Assembly (NCBI GenBank): GCA_951406725.2
Contig: OX597819.1
Coordinates: 34,410,001 to 34,474,000 of the forward strand
Length of the DNA stretch: 64,000 nt
Direction of reading: 5' to 3'
DNA from: Octopus vulgaris
Taxonomy: Eukaryota
Part shown: in pieces, positions 41,313 to 54,927 of the stretch
Numbering within the stretch: position 1 is the stretch's first letter
How the letters are laid out: each line of letters begins with the position of its first letter
Translations under genes and position numbers: made by a program
The notes under the pieces: model-generated
What the model was told of the DNA's origin: nothing
What the model saw: only the letters and a program-made list of their open reading frames with translations
Database searches by the model: none

Positions 41313-43732
41313 ATATATACAAGTGAGTAAACATACAAAAGAAGGGCACTTACACATTTATTGGGAGTTACATGTGTAGATCAAAACAGATGGATTCAAA
41401 CTCCTTGGTACTCTGAGTTTCAAGTGTGTGTCAAGTCTTTTAGCCATTGGGGATTCAGACCCTAGTGGCCAAAGACTAACCACATGATTGAAACTCAGAG
41501 TATCAAGGTATCTGAATCAAACTGTTTTTGATTGATTGATTAATGTATATGTTTCTATATGTATATACATATGTATATATTTATGTGTGTCTTTGTTTCT
41601 TTGTTCCTCACCACTGCTTGATAACAGGTGTTGGTTCATTTATGTTCCTGTAATTTAGCAGCTTGTCATAAGAGTCGAATAGAATAAGTATCAGACTTAT
41701 AAAAAATGCATAAGTAATGGGGTCAATTCATTTAATTAAAACCCTTCGTGGTGCTGCCCCAGCATGGCCACAGTCAAATGACTAAAACGAGTAAAAAACA
41801 GAAAATAAGGGTGTCTGCAAATTTTTTTCCTAATATGCAACATTTTATATAATAACAATAAATGCTAGGAATAACAGAATCTCTGAATAAAGAATATAGC
41901 ACCAAAAGAAGACAAGAAAATTGGTCATCTATCAACCGGCAGTGTACTGTAGTAGACAACAATATTAAATTAACAAACTTGGGATTTGAGATGAAGAAAT
42001 GAAGACAAAGGAAATGAAAGTACAACATACCAGCAGAGTCTGGCACCTGAAGTCTGATATGTTTAGAGACAAGCAGAAGTAAATACTGTAATTTCAAAAT
42101 ATTTTCTAATGCATAGAAACACATGAATTTATGAAACCAGTGATAAAGGAGATTTAAATGGTAAAAGAATATGAAAGATTTAATAACACTGTATAATAAA
42201 ATAAAATTTTTTTTTTCTTTGGTCAGTAAGTGTTATTTTCTATTTACTTCTTTCTAGAAATAGAAGGAAATGACTACTATTCCCTTTACTCTTTACTTTT
42301 GTCACTCGGACATCCATGTTTTCAAACTGACCTATTTTTCATTACATTTGAGACAGATTCAGTGCTGATTTGCTGAAGCAGAAATATCGTTATAGCAAAT
42401 ATTCTGCTCAATATCATAGATTTTGTTTGTCAGTTGCTTGACCGTAACCTCTTGAACATGTCCCGTAGTGGCTAACAATATGTGCAACTCTCATCTCTAG
42501 TGATGAGCAGGAGTAGTGGGGAAGCATCATAGCCATGTGTAGAGAGGGATTCTTTGGGATTTGAATAAATGTAGCAAAAAGTAAAGTTTGAAGGAAATAT
42601 TAGCCATTTTTCATACTTCCCAGGGGTAAGCAAATAAGAAATAACAGTTGCTACCCAAGAACAAAAATTGTGTATATATATAAAGTAGGCGCGGGCATGG
42701 CTGTGTGGTTAGAGAGCTTGCTTCCTAGCTACATGGTTTCGGGTTCAGTCCCACTGCGTGGCACTTTGGGTAGGTGTCTTCCACTATAGCCCCGAGCCGA
42801 CCGGAGCTTTGTGATTGAATTCGGTAGGTGGAAGTTACTGCCATGTGTGTATGTGTGCGTATAGCTGCTCAGTGCCTCTCCGAAAGAGAGAGAGGGATAT
42901 AGTAAAATTTAAATATGTCATCAAATATATATATATCCATGCATCATTATTATTATTTTGAATGTCACTAACACTATTGTCAATTTATCACCATCATATT
43001 TGATGTCTATTTCTAATCACATTCTTATTAAAATGCTTCATGTCTATTGTTCTAAAGTTTAACATATCTACTTAATTACTTCACTTAAGCCTATGATCTT
43101 CATTATTATTTATTTCAGTAATAATCTCATAAATCACAACATAACTTACAAGTGTCTTAATTCTTTTAACTCAACTTCTATTCTTACTAATTAACACTAA
43201 TTACTCTAGCCAATAAGAACTTCTACATGGTCATTCAATCTGTTAGAAATAACAGTCAAATCACACCCTGCCATCTTCAAGAAAAAAGGATATGCTGGAT
43301 AATGTGATCCAGTACTCCCTGATTATATCAAAAAGACAAGATGGTCATGGCTGGAATGTCTTTAATCAAAGGCCTGATACAGTCAGAGTTCACTTGGAAC
43401 AATCAACAACAGCCAGTGCAACTGTTTCCTGTTATTCATCTTTATCAGGGCTCAGTTTTCAGCACCCTTTATATTTACAAAGATCCTCCAGGCCAAAACA
43501 GAGGAACCTAAGTGTGGTTATGACCTAGTTCTCAGAGACGAATTTGTAAAAGAATTTAGGGACAAAATTCCAAACTTGAAATCAAAACCTATAAATTGAA
43601 AGTCCTGAAGGTAAACCTCTTGAAGATTTATCAGGAAAGGAGACAGGCTTTGAGTCATATCGACATGATATACTTAATATCCCTAATGAGTGGATCTGGT
43701 AGACAGAGACTAAAAAAAAGCCCATCGTATTG

Positions 43733-43930
43733 TATATTCTCCCAAAGAGCCTGAGGAACCTGCACAAAGTCGATGTAGGCGTTTTTAAATCAAAGCTGGA
43801 TTTCTTCCTGTCGAGAGTCCCAGATGGACATACCTCATGGCAAGAGGTGCAAATGAGGGTAGCTACATCAAACTCCATTCTTCACCAAGGACCACATATT
43901 GGAGGAGGCTCTCAGTAATAATAACGGTGT
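43733..43930 (+). mobile_element. CR1/L2/Jockey-type LINE ORF2 C-terminal fragment
   Basis: ILPKSLRNLHKVDVGVFKSKLDFFLSRVPD resembles the conserved LP..FK..LD.FL C-terminal motif. Confidence 0.65.
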
Positions 43931-43987
43931 AGCAAAATGGTGATGCGTCAGCTGAAACTACAAATAAAAAATGCACATATACATATA

Positions 43988-44450
43988 GGCGTAGGAGTGG
44001 CTGTGTGGTAAGTAGCTTGCTTACCAACCACATGGTTCCAGGTTCAGTCCCACTGCGTAGCACCTTGGGCAAGTGCCTTCTACTATAGCATCGGGCTGAC
44101 CAAAGCCTTGTGAGTAGATTTGGTGGACAGAAACTGAAAGAAGCCTGTCGTATATATGTGTGTGTGTGTGTACGTGTGTGTACGTGTGCGTGCGTGTGTG
44201 TGTGTGTGTGTGCGTGTGTGTTAGTGTGTATACGTTTGTGTGTTCGTGTTTGTCCCCCCAACATTGCTTGACAACTGAAGCAGGTGTGTCTACGTCCTGT
44301 AACTTAGCAGTTCGGCAAAAGAGACCGATAGAATAAGTACTAGGCTTACAAAGAATAAGTCCTGGAGTCAATTTGCTCGACTGAAGACGGTGCTCCAACA
44401 TGGCCACAATCAAATGACTGAAGCAAGTAAAAGAGAGAGTAGTAAAAGAG
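43988..44450 (+). mobile_element. SINE family A (most abundant; tRNA-like head, internal (TG)n), best-preserved copy
   Basis: GTGGCTGTGTGGTAAG..GGTTCAGTCCCACTGCG..(TG)n..TGACTGAAGCAAGTAAAAGAG. About 20 other whole or partial copies, e.g. 6782-6946(-), 12272-12667(-), 15115-15530, 24072-24775(-), 32820-33105(-), 47880-48300(-), 49245-49728, 51928-52347, 55810-56080 and 60205-60350(-). Confidence 0.92.
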
Positions 44451-44578
44451 TATATATATATATATATAAATTTATATAAATAAGGATAGGATCGTTATTT
44501 AAATATCGAAATTATCAAGTGGCCAGCATGGAATAAAAGGCCTCAAAGATAATAACTATTATTAAAATTACAATTTAG

Positions 44579-44729
44579 GGTATCTAAGAGATACCACCAC
44601 GCTTGAAATAGCAGCCAAAACTTGACTCTAAAACCACATTAAAAGTTCTGGTGCTGTATGAACTTTTAAGGTGGCTTTAGAGTCAAGTTTTGGCTGCTAT
44701 TTCAATCGTGGTGGTATTTCTTAGATACC
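44579..44729. repeat. Fold-back inverted repeat (70-bp arms, 11-nt loop) of a Penelope-like terminal sequence
   Basis: Arms 44579-44648 and 44660-44729. The left arm is homologous to 22688-22750, which lies next to a hammerhead. Confidence 0.9.
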
Positions 44730-45345
44730 ATATATATATAGATAGATAGATAGATAGAGGGAGAGAGAGAGAGACACACACATACACATATATATATATA
44801 GGTATGTGCATGCATTAGTGTCTCCTTGTTCTCACATCAGGCAATTATTGTAAACAAGTGTCACATTTATGCATGTGGTGTCCTTCATTTCAAATCTTTC
44901 ATGTAAACATATTCAGTCATGGTGCAGGGGGAAATATTACCTTACTTTGAAAGAAGTGAGGGATAGCATCGGAGGGAAAAATCCATTAAAGATGCCAACT
45001 TATTAAAGGAATTTTCCCCTTTGCCAATCTCCCGCAACCAATGAGTACAGAAACAAATAGTATGTATGTGACATCAATAACGTCTATATATATATATATA
45101 TATATATTCCAATAAGAATTAGAAGCAGCACTAGAGTTGACCACACATACTCAATGTATGTACATTGCTTGTTTTCCCACAGGCTGCGATTTGGCATAGT
45201 GAGGATGACTCCCTTAAAGCATCAGGTGCTGGTGCAGTGGGGATGACTTCTTCAAAGTGCAGGGTGTTAAAACACCTGAGCATGCATCACAGCCTACCAG
45301 CAAACTAAAAGAGGTCACATACATGGGGTATGTGTGGTCAATGTT

Positions 45346-45433
<88 letters not shown>

Positions 45434-47139
45434 CACAGGGCTCAATGGTTAGAGCATTGAGCTTACGATCGTGAGGTTGTGAATTTGATTTCCAGACCAG
45501 GTCGGGTGTTGTGTTTTTGAGCAAGACACTTTATTTCACATTACTCCAGTTCACCCAGCTGTGGAAATGAGTTGCGACGTTACTGGTGCCAAGCTGTACT
45601 GGCCTTTGCCTTTCCCTTGGAGAACATTGGTGGCATAGAGAGGGGAGGCCAGTATGCATGGATGACTGCTGGTCTTCCAGAAAAACAACCCTAATTGTGC
45701 ATTTTCCGGTGAGGCAACTTTCCACCCAGACTTGTACCCCAGAGGTCATTTGTGACCAACAGAGTCATTTATTTTATATATGTATATATATATATATATA
45801 TGCACAATAGGGGGTGCATAGCTTTTTGATTAGGGTGTTGGACTCATCATCATAAGATTGTGGTTTCAATTCCTGAACTGGACAATATGTTGTGTTTTTG
45901 AGCAAAATGCTTGATTTCACGTTGCTCCAGTCCACTCAGCTAGTGAAAATGAGTAATCCTGCAACAGGCTGGTGTCTCTCTCTACCAGGTGGGGAACAGA
46001 TATGCCAGGGAAACTGGGAAGCCAGCCCTTATGAGTCAGTATGAGAAGGAAACTTAAAAAGCTTTTAAAATACACACACACAGCTTCATGCATATGAACA
46101 TGTGAATATATAGCATCATACATACAGACACATGTATATATACGCTTATGCACAGAGAAACATGTATCTATATATGTTCATACACACATACTTATAAAAC
46201 TGTCTCTACATTGTTACATATATTTATCATTATCAAATTTTCATTATCATGTCTTTATAGCTTAGAATCTAGAAACAATTTTAACCCTTTCTGAAGAGAG
46301 AAAGGGCATATTTCTCAATAGCTAATATTTTAGTGTAAAGACTTGCATACTAAGGGTGCTACTGTACCCCATCTTTCACTGCAGGTGCTGATGCCACATG
46401 AGGTAGAAGCAGCTCTGTAGGTGTTTTGGCCTCTTCCACAGCAACACCAGAGATACCAAGGATCCCCTACCAACATAGAAACAAAACTCTTGCACAACAA
46501 GAACAAACCTTAATGAGTCAGATGTTGCAACTTTGTACCAGATATTTCTGCCATCCTGGATACTCCTTTTTGCTGGACTATTCGTCCTCTCTCTTGAGCC
46601 ATTCTAGTATCTAATAGAGTATTCCATTATTTAGATACTTGTTACATACACACACACACACACAGAACCAATACAAGATTGTATAACCAACTCCTGTCAT
46701 CTTTCACGCTTTTACTGCATTCTTTAAATGGAATACCCTAAGATACTCCTAAGAGCAAAACTTCAACAAGAAATTCATTAAAAATGTTTCATTATTAGCA
46801 GAGAATAGCTCATTCGTCTTCATTCTGCAGATAATTTCAAAGGTCAAGTTTAATTCCTTGAATTTATCCAAAGGATAATCAGCAACTATTAAAATGTTCT
46901 AACTATAATTTTATTGATTTTTGTCTAACAAACCATTACATTTCCAATAACTGAATGCAACAAGGAAAGTAAGATTATTTTTGGTGCATACATGATCACA
47001 AAAGTACGTGACTTGTCATGGAAAAAAAACCATTTAAAGAAAAACTAGAAACATCTAATTGCAAAACAGTAAACTGATTTCTATCTTTTATATTTTCTGT
47101 GTTTCAGTCATTGGACTAAAGGCAAGCTGGGCACTACAT

Positions 47140-47782
47140 TAACCCTTTCAATACCAACCCAGTTGAAACCACCTCTGTAGTATAAATGTGAAAGGTGCAA
47201 TGACCCAGTGGTCAGGGCAGCAGACTCGCGGTCGTAGGATCGCGGTTTCGATTCCCAGACCGGGCGTTGTGAGTGTTTATTGAGCGAAAACACCTAAAGC
47301 TCCACGAGGCTCTGGCAGGGATGGTGGTGATCCCTGCTGTACTCTTTCACCACAACTTTCTCTCACTCTTACTTCCTGGTGATCCCTGCTGTACTCTTTC
47401 ACCACAACTTTCTCTCACTCTTACTTCCTGTTCCTGTTGTACCTGTATTTCAAGGGGCCAGCCTTGTCACTCTCTGTGTCACGCTGAATATCCCCAAGAA
47501 CTACGTCAAGGGTGCACGTGTCTGTGGAGTGCTCAGCCACTTACACGTTAATTTCACGAGCAGGCTGTTTCGTTGATTTGGATCAACTGGAACCCTCATC
47601 GTCGTAACCGACGGAGTGCTTCCCAGTATAAATGTCTTGTTTTCATAAGTTTTGAATGAAAATCTTCCACCAAACCTTAGTCCCTATTTAACTAAGTTAT
47701 TTTACTAAATTCTTTGTTATATTTAAAATTACTTGAAAGAAACACAGAGCATCTCAACAGAAATATGGTAATGAAAGGGTTC
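47140..47782. mobile_element. piggyBac-like MITE interrupted by a family C SINE (47190-47624)
   Basis: TTAA-CCCTTTCAATACCA / TGGTAATGAAAGGG-TTCA ends. SINE TSD AGTATAAATGT at 47179-47189 and 47625-47635. The SINE has an internal 52-bp duplication. Confidence 0.8.
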
Positions 47783-48416
47783 AAGAGCTTCATAAAATAA
47801 TTTGACACCAGTACTTAATTTTTTAAGGTTGGCACTTATTCTTTGGGACACTTTTGCCGAACTGCTAAGTTACAAGGATACTCTTTATTCTTTTACTTGT
47901 TTCAATCATTTGACTGCGGCTATGCTGGAACACCACCTTTAGTCGAGCATATCGAACCCAGGACTTATTCTTTGTAAGCTTAGCACTTATTCTATCAGTG
48001 TTTTTTGCCGAACTGCTAAGTTACGGTGACATAAACACACCAGCATCAGTTGTCAAGCAATGTTGGGGGGACAAACACAGACAAACAAACATACACACAC
48101 ACATATATATATATATATATACATACATATATAAAAATATATATGACGGGCTTCTTTCAGTTTCTGTCTACCAAATCCACTCACAAGGCTTTTGGTCGAC
48201 TTGAGGCTATAGTAGAAGGCACTTGCCCAAAGTGCCATGCACTGGGACTGAACTCAAAACTATGCAGTTGAGGAGCAAGCTTCTTACCACACAACTAAAC
48301 CTGATACCCAGATATTTTTGATATGAAATATTTTTCTGACTGATATATAGGTTGTTTGCATAAATTCTTTCTTAATCATATTTGTATGAACATTATCAAA
48401 AGATAAAATAAAATAC

Positions 48417-48783
48417 AACAAGCGCACTCAGAGAGCGCAAACCTCGCCAAGGCAACACCCAAGTCCTCTCAACGATTAGCTAGAGATGATTTTTAAAATG
48501 AGAATATCTGAAATAAACATGACTGCTCTCACAAACGAGAATACTGAAAATGAGCCTGACTGCTCTCAAAAATTAAGTAAAAAAAACAGGAAAAATAATC
48601 TAGAATTCTTGTCCAGTACTGGATCGATCCCAAAATCTAATTAGTTCATGCCAATTACAAGGCCAAATATCCCTGAAAGTTTCATCGAAATCCATCCAGC
48701 AGTTCTTGAGATATCTTGTCCATGGACAAACAAACAAACACAACTAAAATCAATACCTCTGCCTTCGCTAAGGCGGTGGTAAT
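48417..48783 (-). mobile_element. Helentron-associated (HINE/DINE-1-like) non-autonomous element
   Basis: Minus strand: 5' hairpin ACCACCGCCTTAGCGAAGGCAGAGGT, (GTTT)n, core GGATGGATTTCGATGAAACTTTCAG, subterminal repeat GCCTTGGCGAGGT and 3' hairpin GCGCTCTCTGAGTGCGC. Confidence 0.8.
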
Positions 48784-49954
48784 AAATAAATAAATAAAAG
48801 GTTGTAAAATTCTTGGGAATAACATTGCCAAGGAATATGTATGTGTGTCCAATTACTTTAATGAAATACAGTGACAAATGCTATAATGCCAATAATAAGC
48901 AGCCAATTAGTTGTTTTAATCAATGAATGAATGAACTTTCTTAAGTGTCAGTTTGAAATCTATGAAAGAAGGTAAACCAAGACTGGAGATTGATGCAGTG
49001 AAGATCTGTAATTAATATTACATGTTGTGTATTGATTATTGTCTTTTATCCCAATATTTCAGTTATGAATGATGTCAGATAAACAAGGCGATTGGATCCG
49101 ATATAAAGTGAAGCCGCAATTTTTTCTTTTTTCTTCTAGAAGTATTAACATACACAAACATACAAACACACACATGCACAAATCACACAGTTATATGAGC
49201 TTGCAAACATATTTGTGAATAAACAAATTTGAAAACAAACATAGAGGCACTGGCATGGCTGTGTGGTAAGAAGTTTGCTTCCCAGCCATATGGTTCTGGG
49301 TTCAGTCCCACTGCATGGCACCCCAGGCAAATGTCTTTTACTATAGCATCGGTCTGACCAAAGCCGTGTGAATGAATTTGGTAGACAGAAACTGAAAAAG
49401 GCTATCATGTGTATATGTGTATGTGTGTGTATGTGTGTGTGTATGTGTGTGTGTCTGTGTGTGTGTATGTGTGTGTGTATGTGTGTGTGTGTGTGCATGT
49501 GCATGTGTGTGTATTTGTGTGTGTGTTTCTGCGTTTGTCCCCCTACCATTGTTTGACAACCATTGCTGGTGTGTTTATGTCCCCATAACTTAACAGTTCA
49601 GCAAAAGAGACCGATAGAGTAAGTACTTGGCTTACAAAGAATAAATCTTGAAGTTGATTTATTCAACTAAAACCCTTTAAGGCCTTGATCCAGCATGGCC
49701 ATAATCAAAGGACTGAAACAAGTAAAAGCATACGTATACATACATATTCATGCACACATGTTAAAACATATGCACACATTGATATACGTAAATAGATTTA
49801 ATAAGTAGCATACACATACTCATACAGGTGTGCACACATTATATGCAGACACACATGTACACATACATATACAGACACATATACATTTGTGCATATGTAT
49901 AAACACACACACACACACATACATACACAAGCTTGCAAAACAAACATATGAGTA

Positions 49955-50340
49955 AATATATTAACAAATATATACATATTCATATATGCATACACAGACT
50001 CATAATATACTGACACACATCTACACATGCATACATGCACATACATACACTCTTGTGTACATATATATAAACAGGTATGTACACATCACATGCACATGTG
50101 GACACATGCACATCACACACACATCCATTGCAAACAAACACATGAATATATTTAAAAACAAATATATTAACAAATATATACATATTCATATATGCATACA
50201 CAGACTCATAATATACTGACACACATCTACACATGCATACATGCACATACATACACTCTTGTGTACATATATATAAACAGGTATGTACACATTACATGCA
50301 CATGTGGACACATGCACATCACACACACATCCATTGCAAA
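49955..50340. repeat. 206-bp local tandem duplication (~1.9 copies) in low-complexity CA/TA DNA
   Basis: AATATATTAACAAATATATACATATTCATATATGCATACACAGACTC at 49955 and 50161. Duplicate ORFs start at 49986 and 50192. Confidence 0.9.
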
Positions 50341-51863
50341 CCGACGTGCTAACGTTTCTGCCAGCTCGCCGCCTTATATATATATATACACCTGATATGC
50401 ATATACATGTTTATACATGCATACGCATACATGCTTGTGCACACATATGTCAACATGCACACAGATGTCACACGCACACATATATAAGCATGCAAGCATA
50501 CACATGAATAAACATTTTTAAAAAACCAAATGTATACGCATTCATATATGCATGCATGCATTATATGCAGACACATACACAAATGCATATACATTTGTGG
50601 AAACATGTTAATACACACACACGTGGATGTTCAAACATTACACACACACATGCACACACAATCACACACACAAACAAACACCACACACGCGCGCACACAC
50701 ACACAACATCATGCACACATATATAAACTTGCAAAACATACACATGAATAAATTGATTCAAAAATAGATATATACATTCTCGTACATGCTTATACACACC
50801 CATTATATGCAAGCAGATATGTACACATGCATAAAGAAACACATACACATACAAATTGTGCATGCATTTGTAAATATACACAGAAATGCATGTGTGTGTA
50901 TGCAAATCTTTTTCAAGATTTAACTATTTCTGACCTGGTTGTCATTAAAATCTATTGTACCTAAGTAATGAGCGGAGAAAGATTAAATTTCTCTGGCATT
51001 CAACGTTTGTATTTATTCTGTAATATAGCTGAAGTTATTTCACACCAAATTATCGTTTACACAGTTACTAAGCATTAACAAAAGTTTTCACAGTTGTACT
51101 TTTACATAATACAAATATGTTTCCCATGCTTGCTTTGTGACTGCCATAAAGTTGTATACATCTGCGAAAGTTAATTCGCAATGAAATATTATTCACATAA
51201 TAACATTTGGGAAAGAAATAGTCATTGAAATTTATGGCAGACATGAGATGACAGATACAAGAAAAGATTTCAAGAAAATTTCACCCTATTATTCACATGC
51301 ATGCACACACATACACACATGCACAATACATGTACACACATATATATATATATATGTATACACACACACATATATATTAAAGTGAGGTTATTATTATTTT
51401 AAAGTGAATTTAAGAACACAAAAAGAATAACTGATGTGATAACTCAATAGTGAAAGTAGGCTCTAATTTATTATAAAAATCAAACTGACAAGGACTTTAC
51501 AGTGTGTTGTGTGTGTGTGTATGCGCGTGGCTCAGTGGTTAGAGCATCAAGCTTACGATCGGGAGGTTGTGAGCTTGAATCCCGGACCGGGCTGCATGTT
51601 GTGTTCTTGAGCAAGAAACTTTATTTCACGTTGCTCCAGTTCACTCAGCTGTAGAAATGAGTTGCGACGTCACAGGTGCCAAGCTGTATCGGCCCTTGCC
51701 TTTCCCTTGGACAACATCGGTGACGTGAAGAGGAGAGACCGGTATGCTTGGGCGACTGCTGGTCTTCCATAAAAAAAAACAACCTTGCCCAGACTTGTGC
51801 CTCAGAGGGTAACTTTCTAGGTGCAAACCCATGGTCAGTGTCTGACCGAAGGGGGTCACCACC

Positions 51864-51898
<35 letters not shown>

Positions 51899-52352
51899 TG
51901 TATGTATGAATGTATGTATGTATATATTGCAGGTGTGGGTGCGTGGTAAAAAGCTTGCTTCCCAACCACATGGTTCCAGGTTCAGTCCCACTGCGTGGCA
52001 CCTTGGGCAAGTGTCTTCTACTATAGCTTTGGGTCAACCAAAGCCCTGTGAGTGGATTTCATAAACAGAAACCAATATATATATAAAATTGTGTGTGTGT
52101 GTGTATACATATATATAAATATATATGTGTGTGTGTGAGTGTTTATCCCCCCACCACTGCTTGACAACCTGTGTTAATATGTTTGCATCCCCATAACTTA
52201 CCAGTTCAGCAAAAGAGATCAATAGAATAAGAACCAGGCTTCAAAATTTATAAGTACTGGGGGTCGGTGCCTTTGACTAAAAATTCAAAGCAGTGCCCCA
52301 GCATGGACACAGTCTAATGACTGAAACAAGTCAAAGAATAAAAGAATATATA

Positions 52353-52569
52353 TGATGGTGTGCTGAAAAGTTCCTGGCTTTAAAGGTATTGGAAAAGGCC
52401 TGGTTGCATGCCCAACCTTCTGAGTTCTTTTAAAGGGTTTAGGAAAACTGAAGGACTGCTGTAATAAGTGTGTGGATCTGAGTGGGAAATATGCTGAATA
52501 AAATCACAATTAACTGATTCTCCTGTATTGTCTTTTACCCAAAGCCAGAAACTTTTCAGCACCCTCTTG
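52353..52569. mobile_element. Mariner-derived MITE, TA flanked
   Basis: TA-TGATGGTGTGCTGAAAAGTTCCTGGCTTT / AAAGCCAGAAACTTTTCAGCACCCTCTTG-TA. Confidence 0.85.
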
Positions 52570-52679
52570 TATATATATCAATTTTATTTAGATGTTAACC
52601 CTAGAGTTTACTCTTTTAAGCTCACCAATAATAGGTAGAGGCTATTAGATGTGTCTGTATGTCAAGGGTTGATTTTTTT

Positions 52680-53912
52680 AATACCATCTCATAAGTAATG
52701 CGGTTTTCTCAATTGCATGAACTAAAAGTCGGAGATAAACTACCTGCATCAACTTGCTATAAAAGCAGGTAGTAATTTTACCTTATCCATATACTTACTG
52801 GTAGGTTTGAAGAGTGCAGTTCGATTTTCACAGTTATTTTTCAAAGCTATGATGGAAGCGACAATAAAGACAACAACACAATGGAAAGTGTGAGGAACAT
52901 TAATGCAGTATATGGGGATTGGACTATAAGCGTAAGCCAGTGTCAACAGTGGTTTCAGAAATTCTGAGCTGGAAACTACAGCCTAAAAGACAAGCCTTGT
53001 CCTGGAAGATTTGTAGAGCTCAACAAGGACGTCTAACAAACCCTGGTGGAACAAAATTTCATCATATTTGCTGAGGAACTAGCAGAGAAAATTGGATATG
53101 GTCATTCAACCATTCATCAATACCTGCATGCCATCAGAAAAGTCAGCAAATTGGGTCATGGGTTCCTCACAAACTTTCTGAGTCTAATCATATGCAGAGA
53201 GTGAATGTGTGCTCTTCTTTGCTGTCATGTCTCACAAATTAACTTTTTATGGACCGAATAGTGACTGGTGATGAGAAATGGGTTCTCTATAAAAATGTCA
53301 AGTACCAAAGACAGTGAGTAGGGAAAGAAGAAACACCATCACTACAGGCTAAAGGTTTTCACCCACATAAGATGCTGTTATCTGTTTGGTGGGATATGAA
53401 AGGTTTAGTCCACTTTGAACTTTTAAACCTAAACCAAATGATAACAAAGGATATCTACTGCAAGCAGCTTGAGTGGCTTAAGTCAGCACTAGAAGAAAAA
53501 TGACCATCTTTGGTTTCAAGATAAAAGGTTTTCTTCCATCGGGATAATGTTTGGCCACATTCCAAAGATGATATTCCAAAGACTGGAGCAGTTTGAATGG
53601 GAAACAAATGCCCCACCTACCATATTTGCCAGAATTTGCCCATCTGATTATCATTTATTCCACAGGCTTCAAAATCATTTGGATGGAAAAAATATGAATT
53701 CTGTACACAAAGTCAGAAAAGTATTGGAGGAGTATTTTTCTTCATGAGCAAGTGAATTTTGGAAGAGGGGCCTTGCAAGTCTACCAGATAGAATGGAAGA
53801 GCATTGTAGAAAATGAAGGAGAGTATATTTTAGATTAAAAAAGAACTTTGTTTATCTTAATTTTGAAAAATAAATAAGTATAAAAAAACACATTATTTAT
53901 GGGATGACCCAA
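52680..53912 (+). mobile_element. Near full-length degenerate mariner (DD34D-type)
   Basis: WVPHKLSE, RIVTGDEKWVLYKN, MLLSVWWDMKG, HRDN and PSDYHLF motifs with stops. Right TIR CATTATTTATGGGATGACCCAA-TA. Eroded left TIR CATCTCATAAGTAATG. Confidence 0.92.
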
Positions 53913-53994
53913 TATATATATATAGAGAGACTCAAGGTGTATCATTATATTGATACAATTGAATGACAGCTCATAGAATCCTGTATATAATACA

Positions 53995-54395
53995 CTTGCA
54001 GTATCGCCCGGCGTTGCTCGGGTTTGTAAGGGAAATAACTATATAAGCATTTTTAGAGAGTTATAGCCAAAAAATAGCAAAAAAATGCATTGAAAATGGA
54101 AAAAAATTATGGTAAATTTTTTTTTAAATCGTTGATTCATCGTAGACATTTTTAGAGAGTTACTTCCCTTATATAATAGCGAAAAAATGCATTAAAATGG
54201 AAAAAAATGATGGTCAATTTTTTTTTAAATCGTAGACTCATCGTAGACGCACGCTAATACCCAGAAGGGCTCGATATGAATCACGACTATAAGATACCCG
54301 GTTTTTGGTTAAACTGCACCGCAAAATGTGGGAGTAGTTAGGAATCTAAATCGTAGGAGACAGACAGTACACAACCTCACTTTTATATATAAAGA
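53995..54395 (-). mobile_element. Non-autonomous Helitron
   Basis: Minus strand begins A|TCTTTATATATAAAAG and ends with hairpin CCCGAGCAACGCCGGG then CAAG|T (CTAG mutated). No TSD. Confidence 0.85.
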
Positions 54396-54927
54396 TTTCC
54401 TACAGAAAACTTGTATCATCATAAATTCATACCTACAGCCAGATCATGTATTTATGCGACACATTTGCATATCACAAGTAAAACAAAGAAAGAAAAAAGT
54501 AATAAATACAGGGTAAACTACTATTTAAACCCACTGGTCAATGCATATGATGAGAAATGCAGGAAAACACAGGCATAAAACAATAAGTCAGCAGGTATCG
54601 TTTTCTAAGCCTAGAAAATGTATAAACCAAATGGCTAGCTAATGATACTTTATGTGCTTTTAATTATTCTTTTATACAATAGACACTTGTGACATAGTTT
54701 TTATAAGTCTGTTAAATGTAAAAACAGCCTGTAAATTTGTTAACAGAGAGTTCAAGTGTCAACCAGCACTAAATCTAGCAACTGCACTTCCATGTGCACA
54801 AAGACACCTAGATATAGAGGGTGTTTGAGATAAATTCGACCATTTTTTATGTTTCTTTTTCAGGAATAGTTTGATGTACTGGTGAACAGTCAGTGGCAAT
54901 GGAAAGCATAATGATTATTATATGATA

